Assembly: GCA_000320545.1 (NCBI GenBank) | Contig: ADNK01002760.1 | Location: forward strand, 1 to 50,666 | DNA: 50,666 nucleotides | Direction: 5' to 3' | DNA from: Bigelowiella natans CCMP2755 | Taxonomy: Eukaryota > Protista > Cercozoa | Shown here: in pieces, positions 39,590 through 49,500 of the stretch | Position numbering within the stretch: the first letter of the stretch is position 1 | How the letters are laid out: every line of letters begins with the position of its first letter | The notes under the pieces: model-generated | What the model saw: the letters and a program-made list of their open reading frames with translations, nothing else | What the model was told of the DNA's origin: nothing | Databases searched by the model: none | Position numbers and translations under genes: made by a program

Positions 39590-40512
39590 ATGTGTGCATT
39601 TGTTAGAATAAAGAGGGAGGGCTCAACGTGCAGACTAACAGGGGAATCGTGAGGTGCGACAAGGTTGTGTACGCTACCAACGCGTGGACAGGAGGAGACG
39701 CGTTTGGTTAGAAGCAGCTTCTCGTCCATTGCTGACAAAAGCGATGTATTCGAGACAAAGATGGCGAAGGAAGATTGTCAATGGACAGGTAAGTCATAAT
39801 GTGCAGATTAAATACTAGCTCTCACTCTCTTGTATCGCACACATTCCCCCCCCCTCTGCGTTTATACATTTTTGCGCCAAGTTGTTGGCCTTGAAGGCGC
39901 TGTAGCATCTCGCTCTTTGTTTTCCCCAAAGACATGTCTGCTTCATGCTGGTTGTGAAAAATACCAACCGATTCTCTTCTCAGGAGTGCTTGGTTGGAGC
40001 TCCGATAACCTTCCTTGGGTCGGCAGAAGAACTGAAAAAGAATGGGTAGCAAATGTGGTCTTCATCCTATTTTTCAATGACTCAAAATATAGCAGACCTC
40101 CCCCCCCACCCTATTCCACAATGCGAAAAGAGTTTGTGTGCCGATGTGTAGCGTCTGTTTTTGCAAGGTATGTGCTGGTTTTTCTGGGCACGGATTACCA
40201 AGAACCTTGCTCTCTGGACAGGTATGCAACCCCTCATATCAACATTCTCACCAATCGTGTAAATTCTCACTGTTGTGGCCAACTATCCATGCAATATATG
40301 ATAGGCTATTGCGGAGCTGCTCACCGGCCATAAAGTAAGTAACTTCAGCCAGCAACTTAGAACACACGAATGATGTGCCAGTCTCACGCTGCTTTACACG
40401 TGCAAATGTGTAGTTTGGATCTGACCATGCACTCCTTCCTCCGGAATTCGCTCCTACCGAGAAGAGACTGAGTCATAGCAACTTAAAATCCTGGGATGGT
40501 GCTGGGGATTGA
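36821..40512 (+). pseudogene. DAO-family FAD-dependent oxidoreductase, apparently internally deleted and frameshifted; start not located
   Basis: FPHPDPTISHW; IVIIGGGLSGTSVSYHL...LLEARSIGYGASGRNGGIL; VVYATNAWT; WTGVLGWSSDNLPWVG; VCAGFSGHG. The frame changes at 39691 and an in-frame TAG follows at 39709-39711. Confidence 0.7.
37622..37751. repeat. compound (GTA)/(GCA)/(GTAGTG) simple repeat in an intron
   Basis: Directly visible. Confidence 0.9.
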
Positions 40513-41304
40513 TACGAATCGTATTTGCGGGCTTTTCACTGTTGATGACAGTCTGGTACAGATTGTGCGTTAAGAGACTTCAGTATGTCGAGATATCTCT
40601 AGATCTAGAAATGGCTAGGTGTGTGCACGCTTTGGAGCTCGTTGTTAACAATAAAATAACAGCTAGACAGCCCCACAAACGTCTAAATGTTTTGCGCGCT
40701 AAATCTAGATATCTACCTAGGCTACGTTACTATTGTGTCGATCGCGTGTAATACACCATTGAATCGACGTTCAATCCCACACAAATGCAATTAAAAACTA
40801 CTACTTCGCAAGCGTAGATTTACAAAGCGTTGTGTGTTAGTTGCGAGCTAACAAGAGCAAGCAGGTTATTTTAAAAAAATATCTAGATATTTTGCTTTTT
40901 CTGCATGTTTGCTTTCACTATCCAGCCTAGTATGCATATTTGTCTTTCCATTTGCGTAAGGCCGTCACTACGTGTTGCAAATGTCAATTGATGACGGTGA
41001 TCTCGGATGTATTTGTTATGCATGCGCAAAAACGATACGCTGCACATATATGCAACTTTTATAAGTATAAAGAGGCGTGTTTTAGAATAATAACGTAGTA
41101 ACAACAGCATCTATTGTCCAAATCAGTTAGTGCATTTGCCGCTGCTGGTTAAATATTTTTATCATCGTCATCATCATTATCGAGGATAACTTTTTCAGAT
41201 ATAGCTTAGACTTAGCTTAGACTGTGTAGCCTTCAACGCCAAACCAATGTAAGCATTGCCGTTAATAGCATCTAAATGTTATCAAATATCTTTAGAAAAT
41301 ACAC

Positions 41305-41343
<39 letters not shown>

Positions 41344-41424
41344 ACGATTATAAATGCACAGCTTTTGTTAGTCACTTGCAAAACTCTTCCGTAAATTACC
41401 TTGCTTCCTGCTTATAGCTCTCAA

Positions 41425-43652
41425 TTATCGGCTGTCGTGACGAATGTAAGCAAGAGAGAGACCCCCGAGCATTGCAAAGAACCCCTGAACAGAAGTTGGT
41501 TCATTCGTTAATAAAAGATCGACGATCCGGAAACACACCACCAATTAATGACAGCTTATGCATCAAACAACAGAATACTGAGCACTGAAAGTGCAAGACC
41601 CATCACGATTTAATCATGGGCGTTTGCATCACCCATCCACCGGCACTCTTTCTTTTTCGGTCGGTTTACCATAAGAGCCGCCAGCACGAGGACATTGAGC
41701 CAGATGCTGTTGGTGAAGCCCGACTCCATCCCGTAGAACTCCAGGATCGTCTCCCCGTTAAATATCCGGACATCGTTGAACTTGTCGTTGTCAAACTGGT
41801 TGATCATGAGCGCTGTCCACGGGTAGCGCAGAAAGCAGAGCCACGAGAACCACTCCCACCCGGCGGGGATCTTCTCGAAGACGATGAAGAAGCCTCCAAA
41901 GAACATGCAGATCGTGACGTAAGTCGGGAGCAGCGCGTTCGCGGCTTCAAGCGTGGGCACCGCTGACGCGACCAAGTAGGCCAGGACGATGCCAGTCATC
42001 GCCGTGAGGTAGTAGACGAAGATGAACACACCGAAGCTGCCCTGCAAATCGAGACCCCAGAAGATCGTAATCGTGAAGACAAGCGAGGTGAACGTGGCGA
42101 TCACGGCCTCCTCCAGGAACTTGGCCACGAAGTACGTGCTGGTCGTGTAGAGCCCGTCGGACCGTTCTCGGTAGAAAAGAGGCCGATCGAGCGTGAGGGA
42201 GGGGGTGAACGATGCCGCGCCGTAGCCCAGGATCGCAACGACGAAGTACAGCATTGCCGCTGTGCTCTGCATGTCTTGGATGTCCGTTTTGCTCCCCAGC
42301 CCGAAGTACAGGGATAGGATCAAAAGAGAGAAGAGAACCTTATCTCCGAGCCGGGGGCCGACGAACTCCCCGGACGTGTAGTGCGTGGTGGTGCGGTATT
42401 TTAAGATGGTGAGGATGCCGTGCAGCATCGAGTTGACGACTACAGGCTCCCTGGCGTTGAATGTAGGGCCTTTCGCCTTGAGCGTCTTGACTAATTCCGA
42501 GACGCGCTTGCTGTTGTCCTTCGACAGCTGGGAGCTGCTGTATGCTCCGTGGAAGTCGAAGTGCGCGGATTTGCCAGCCTGTGTTTGCATGATTGTGAAA
42601 GACCGAGCTCAGGTATAACTTGCAAGTGCTTCCTCTACAACATTTCTACTACTACTGCTGCTACTGCTACTGCTACTGCAACTACTACAATTAGCCAAAA
42701 CAACGATGTCTTCCTCAACCACACCTCGGCTCCTTCGATTAGCTTATTGTCCTCAGCGACTGACGCAACACCTTTGAGTGGACGAGGAGGAAGGTGAAGT
42801 CATTCACTAGGCCTATGAAAGCTCAGAAGCGCTTTTCATTCAAACAAAATACAGTTCCTTTTGAACCCCCCCCCCCCCCCCCCCCCTTCCTTAAACGTCT
42901 ACCACTAACACCGTGATGATTTGAGTCTTACTCAGATTCTTTGAAGGAACCGTGACTGAATCTAATGCCTTAGAGTTATCTTTATCGTCTTCTTTATCTT
43001 TTCCTTTTATAATAATATATTTTTTTCAGTAATTCAGTGATTGCGGTGACTATTTCTAAGTAGCAGCAGCAGCAGCACCACCACCACCACCACCATAGAT
43101 ACTAGGTAAAGACGCCATCAAGTTGGATGACTTGTGATGCCGCTGCTGTTGCTGTTATTGCAATACAAATGCAGCTTTCTCCTCCTAGAAATGCAAGGGA
43201 AAGAGGGTGATGGAATACCTTCTAACTGTCGGCCGCTGATTAGCTCAACCATCCACTCTACGGTCTGTGAAGAACACAAGGCAGCAAAGGCAGCAGCAGG
43301 AGAAGGAGGAGGAGGAGGAAGAAGAGGAGAAATTGCCGTTTTGGAAAAAGAAGCATACAATACATCCCTCGTTCGTATTAATATGTTGGGGAGGCAATTC
43401 TAGCTGCTCTTTTGCGTATTCAGCATAGTTTTGACGAAAACTTCGGATGAGTCCATTATTATTCTTTCATTTGCGCAGTTGATCTTTTCCCCCGTGACGA
43501 CTCACTAACAACTAGTAGTACTACCACCTACTGGTTCTAGCTACTATTGTCCCTGCAATACCGAGTCCTCTGGCTTGGGAGAGAACCCATGCTTTCCAAA
43601 ATACCCAACCTGGGAAGCAACACCAACAATTAACATATAAATCCTTGAATAC

Positions 43653-43687
<35 letters not shown>

Positions 43688-44928
43688 TATTTATATATCC
43701 ACCGAGATTGGGAGGGCTACTAGCTCATATTGCTTCCACACTACATTTTCCTTCACCACAGGTAGATTATCAACACTACTCGATAACACAACCTTGGGGG
43801 GTGAGGCTGTTTAGACAAGTACAGATAGCAATTGGAACTTGGTGACAGCTCTTCTCGTTTTACGATAACCCCTCCCCCCGCCCCGGCCCCCATTCATGTA
43901 AGCTACTACTACCATTGTCATGCTTGAAACACCGAGGGGCCCATCGTAAATCGTCTTGCCGCTGGAGAGCAGAAACAGATCTTCAAACTGCTGGAACGCA
44001 AATGCCGTAGGGGAATGAATGGTCGCGACAACGGTGCGCCCTATGCATCATCATTATAAATATCAAGGGATCGATTGGATACCACGATCAGGCTAAGAAA
44101 AAAGTCGTTACAGAACTTTGGGTATTAGAAGCAGTAGCTTTTGACATAACTACTACTAATAATAATAATAATAACAATGATAATAATACTAATAATAAGA
44201 ATGGTTCTACGATTAGGTACTCCCGCCTAACCTTCCTTAGCAAGAGCTTTCATTAGCACCACCACTTCGTTTGCCATGTGCGAATCGAGTCCAGTAGTAG
44301 GCTCGTCCAGGAATATCTACCAAGAATGAAGGAGAACTGAATACCACCGGCTGATTGATGAGGAAAGAATGCTCTTTATTGACGGAGGTTACGTACGATT
44401 CTAGGGGATGTCAGTAAGGCCATTGCGATGTTGGTGCGTTTCGCCTGGCCTGAATAATTTTTTGTTCAATGGTGATCATAACAATCATATTCGGCAAGTA
44501 ATATTGTTATTAATAACGCATATCAAACTGATAGTATTCGCTCATACCCCCAGAGATGCCTCGAGACAGCTCCGACCCAATCACGGTATCCTTGCAGCTC
44601 TGTTACACAGTGAAGGCAAACGCATACTTTTCAAAACTGGAGGTAAAGATATGATCTTTCGCGAGGGCTACTACCTCAAGAGAGAGCTTGTGTATAACAT
44701 CGTCCACACGCGCTTCGATTTCCTCTGCGGCCGTACCTGCAGGAAGCTTAAGAGTCCCAGTGTACATTAGAAACTGCTTCACGGTAAGATCGGGCACCTG
44801 TCGCATCAATGAGTGACAAGGACATAGAGGATTACGAAACCGGAAATTTACTGGCAACTCCATCATCATATCTCCATCGTCATCATCGGGCTCATCTTCA
44901 TCATCCGTATTTCCTTCACTGCTGCTAA

Positions 44929-44966
<38 letters not shown>

Positions 44967-45076
44967 TTACTACTACTACACTACTGCTGCTACTACTTTA
45001 CCAGAGTGTCGAATTGCTCCACGTACGAAGTCAGCTTGTTATACCTTTTCATTAGTGATTATACAAATATCATACA

Positions 45077-45118
<42 letters not shown>

Positions 45119-45765
45119 TGGTTCAAAAAGTTCGTGTTAAAAATTCGGAACTTACACAACAGGTCCAGCTCTCTGTCCGTCATAGAGAATCTGGCCGTCG
45201 ATTTGGCCTTTGAATACAATCACCATAAATATCTTGAAATTACACCTGTTGAACCTCTAAAGTGGTAAGCTCTTACCAGTGTTCTTGCGGCCTGCAAGAA
45301 TGTCGAGCAACGTTGTTTTGCCACTTCCAGAAGGACCTTCAATACCGAATCTGTTAAAGCAGCCTTCACTTCTTCGCTATTCTACTACCCATGAGTGCTG
45401 TCAGCCTTCCAGGCAAAAAAGCGCCATTCAAATCATCCAGAATTTTTAGTTCCTCTGTCCGAAAAGTCACTTTCAAAAATGTGACAGAAGCTTGCAAAAA
45501 CCGATTTACCATTATCATTTGCCTTGTTCTTCACAGTGTACACCAAATTCTGGAAAGTCACGTGCATTCCCTGACAAATCACAAGTAGCAATTTCAGCGA
45601 AGTGCGCAAATTTGAATGCTCGCATCCATTCATTCGCATGCACGTGCGTTAGACATTGCTTCTCACTAGTTGCGTCGTGCATTTGTGCGCGTGAGGCGAT
45701 TGACAGACCGTTTTTGAATCTGATGAATAGTTGGATGAACGGCCCCCTACGCCCTTCATCTCCAT
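41425..45765 (-). CDS. ABCG/White-family ABC half-transporter, multi-exon; start approximate
   Basis: Walker [24 protein letters not shown]-loop SYVEQFD, signature RGISG, Walker [14 protein letters not shown]-loop TIHSP, and an ABC2 membrane domain ([14 protein letters not shown]...[29 protein letters not shown]) ending YIRHDSR*. Confidence 0.93.
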
Positions 45766-45881
45766 CGACCCTGGGCTTTTCACCTCGTCTTTGGTGTTTC
45801 AGCGCATCAGAACTAATTCGCTACATGACAGACGACTCCCTGAGCGGAGCCTCGCCAGTGAAAGTCAAAGCCTACTCGTAC

Positions 45882-46180
45882 CTTTTGCCGCTGCCACAGC
45901 TGCGGAAGCCATCTGTCAGTTTGATCGGGTTCAGATTCTCTTCCTTTGAGGCGTTGTCGCACTTGCGCAATCCGACGTGTTGACGGCCAAAAAGGCAGTC
46001 GCTCTGGGATGAACCCCATGCATTCCAGTGAGACGGCGTGTTTTTTGAAGCGAGGTGGCTTCTCGGCCCGTTTGGCAACGTTCGTTGTTCTTCTTCCTTT
46101 CCAAAATGCCGAACTTCGGCAGGATGGCTAGATGGGTCCAAGCATCGTGGGTTCCCGGCGGACCCATGTCATGTTGCGCG
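45882..46180. other. TpA-depleted tract at the retrotransposon insertion flank
   Basis: Only one TA (in CTAG, about 46128) in about 300 bp. Confidence 0.75.
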
Positions 46181-46213
46181 TAAGTGTTCACAGGCCGAGG
46201 CGCTACGTGCACA

Positions 46214-46493
46214 AGTAGCAGGGGGGGAAAGGCACGTTTGCTTCCTTTTGAAGAGTTGTGTTTATTTTTATTAAAGATTATATTTTTATTAAATCGTGCA
46301 CTGCGTAATCATTCGCGAAGCTTTCGCGAATGCCGCCGCACGTGGGGCAGCACACTTCCGGTGTGCTGCCATGAGTCCCGCCGGAACCCACGTGCCTATG
46401 CTGTATTAATATCTACGTTATCTATATTCTATATCCGCGACAACCCCTTTGTTGTCGCACGTGACTTGTGCCCGCGTAGTGGTACGCGCTACA
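46214..46493 (-). repeat. putative 3' LTR (about 280 bp)
   Basis: Starts TGTAGC directly after a polypurine tract, contains AATAAA signals (plus-strand TTTATT at about 46261-46290) and ends GCTACT. The second LTR is outside the window, so the left boundary is inferred. Confidence 0.65.
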
Positions 46494-46501
46494 CCTCCCC
46501 C
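46494..46501 (-). promoter_or_regulatory. polypurine tract (plus-strand priming site)
   Basis: GGGGGAGG immediately before the TG of the LTR; a further purine run lies at 46513-46538. Confidence 0.65.
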
Positions 46502-46544
46502 AAGTCACGTTGCTCCTTCCTTCCTTCCTTATTCCCTTAGACCT

Positions 46545-49500
46545 TCATCGCTTTCGGAACTTCACCAACCACCAGGTAATAGATTCCTCTCTAACCTTAT
46601 CTCCTTTGTCGCTTACCCAGAACTCACCTTCGTCCTTAGGTTCGTGTCCATACCAGCCCTCTGCATCAAGGTCCCCCAGGACCTTATACCAGTGCTCAAA
46701 GGGTAAGTCGGGAACAGCTAGGTAGAGTAGCTGATATTTTCCGTCCTTTATTTTCATAGCTACCCTCTCCATATTTCGTAATCCAGGGTAGCCTAGATAG
46801 ACAATCTTCATGCGCCAATCGTCGTTCACCCTGACCTTATTGTTTCCATATTCCACATCGAACTTAGGTCGGGGTCCTAAACAAGGCATTGCTCGCTCCC
46901 ACACAGTAGGGTTTACTTTAACATCCTCTAGGAGCTTCTCACCGATATCATAATTCTTTAGGTGACTGATGTGGCGCAAGGTGACCCTGTTCCCATCATA
47001 GATGTAGTACTGCTTCCTCCCCTTCCTCTCGGTAACCTTTGCAACGCCACCCCAGAAGGGGTCTTGTTTATTTCTCGATCTCAGATTTACCTTGGCCCTA
47101 ACATACTGTCCTTCCTTTAGAACTCGGCCATCGTACGGGACCTTCTCGTCTTCGCTCTCGGTATCGTCGTCGTTGTCGTCGCCTTCTTCCCTCTCCTTAT
47201 CCTTGATACCTCCCCCAGACGTGAAGGTGTCGTTTACTAACCCTTGTATCTTGTCTGGTGTGGTGCTATTTATCCTGCTTAGGTTGGCCAAGGTGCGGTG
47301 GAGTCGCTCTACCTTGGAGTTGGACTGGGCATAGTATACAGGTGAGGCATCAATATTAGGGTGTGGTAGCTGTAGAAGAGAGGTCTCATTATCCACATGT
47401 AACTTCTTTGGTATCTTGTTTATGCTAACTTCATCAGGGATAGCCTGGAGCTCAGACTCCCAGGTACGGTAGCAGTTAGTAAGCCTCTGCTTATATAAGC
47501 CTTTGTTCTTCTTAGCAACGTTGACCTTGATAATCTTTTTAACCCAGCACTTTCCAGTGGCCACATCAACGAAGGTAAGGTAGTGATAGCCATCGTACTT
47601 ATAAACATCAATTTGCACGATATCTAAGAAGTTCCTTGCTTTGATTTTCTTAGATGCACGGCTCTTGCTGGACTCCTTGGTGGCGACGCCTGCCGCCTTC
47701 AAGCTGGAGCACCTGCAGCCACGCAGGTATGTCCTTATCTCTTTTAGCTTGTAGGGCCAGTAGTAATGGTAGAGTAGAGCAGTGATATGGTTTTCTCCTA
47801 CGTGTGCAGGTCCATGGGCGGTAAAGAGAAGGGCTCCCCTGGTCCGCCGTGGCACGTAGGTACGCCTAACATTATTAGTGTATACATATATCCTATCACT
47901 AAGTACCTCATGCTTGTGTTTGTATTTATCCAGGTGTTCTTGAAGGTGCTGGAGCTCCTCTGGCTCAGGCAGGAAGTCGCCGTCCTCGAAGGTAATCGCG
48001 TTAACCATAGGGGTGACCTGGGTAGGGACTTTCTTTTCGAACAGCCTGCTGAAATAGTCAGCAAGCTGCTTGTCTCCTGGTGCGTAGACCACTGTCCTCT
48101 TGTCCCTAAACTCTTCCGTGTCCGCCCTCATAGCTGCATACTCATCGTTAGGCGCTTCGAGCTTGCGGTCGATGCCTAGGAGGGGCTTGTGGTCAGTCAT
48201 TAAGGTGAAGCTGGGCACCGACAGCAGGTAGTATCTTAGTTTCCTCTGCGCCTCAGTCATGGCTTTATACTCTCCTTTTGTAGGGCTGTACTTGGCCTCA
48301 GCTGCTGTGCAGGCCCTGCCCCACACCCGTATGATCTGCTGGTCTTGGGTAAGTACAGCAGCCATACCTAGCTTAGACCAGTCTGTCCATAGGGTAGCTG
48401 GTCTAGTAGTGTCTAGCTTAGCATTCAATAGGGTGTTGCTGCATAACTTTATTAGGTTATCGAAGTGGGCATCAAGGCCAGCCTTGGCCCACACCTTAGC
48501 GAAGCTGAGGCCTACAGAGTTCTCCTTCCGGTAAGCAGTAGTAAAAGCAGCTGCAGTCCTAGCGTAGGTAGGGGAGAACCTACGTAGTATCCAAGCTGCA
48601 GTCTGCAAGAATGACTTTAACTCCTTTGCATTCTTAGGTTTAGGGGCTTGCTGTAGTGCTGCTACTTTCTCGGGGTTTGGGGTGATGCGGCCTTGCTCCA
48701 GGTAATATCCACACCACTTGATTCTTGTAGCTAGGAATGTACACTTCTGCAGTCTAATAGTAAAACCGAAGTGTGCAAACCTAATAAATATATTTTCCAG
48801 GAGGAAGATCTGAGCGACGACTGTGTTGGTACATATTATGTCATCATCCACATACACAAACACAAACACCCACAACACAGACGCCATCCCATCATGTGTG
48901 TATGCCCTGTAGTTCTGACTACTGAACGCATCCCCTGATATGCTTAGGCCGTAAGGGAATACGACGAAGTGCCACTTCCTGTGCCTGCTGGAGAACGCGG
49001 TAATGGGGCGGGAGGTTTTGTGGATGGGTGTCTGCATGTATGATTCATTTTTATCTAGGGAAGAGTAGTATTTGTATCCTATGACGTGTTCAATAACGTC
49101 ATCTATCCTTGGTGTAGGTGTCTGGATCCTCTTTATTACTCGGTTGTGGCGGATGAAGTTGTGCGCCAGGCGGAAGAAAGGGTAAGTAGGTTTCTTAGCT
49201 AGCACATGTCTCACGTTCCATGGTGAGTTGCTTGGCTCTATCTTCCCTTCCTTTGCCCATTCATTGATCTGCCACTCTATCTTTTCCCAGTCCGCTTCCG
49301 GTCGCCTATGTTCTGGGTCATTGATGATGCACTCTTCGTATCCCTTCTTTAGCTCGATCTTTACTGGGGTAAGCTTGCTGGAGGGCTTCGTCGTCGGCTT
49401 GGTGATGTCAGAGTACTTCTCGTTTAATATTTTATTAATGTACTTTTTGCCTTTGTCGATATCCCAATCATCAGCTGGGGGGGTCTTGTCCAGTAGCTCC

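Noticed and set aside
39664-39691. A 28-nt GT-AG intron that would restore the oxidoreductase frame
   Set aside because: It would excise the conserved VVYATNAWT motif and is far shorter than other introns here.
46300-46500. Hammerhead ribozyme in the structured LTR
   Set aside because: No CUGANGA...GAAA core found on either strand.
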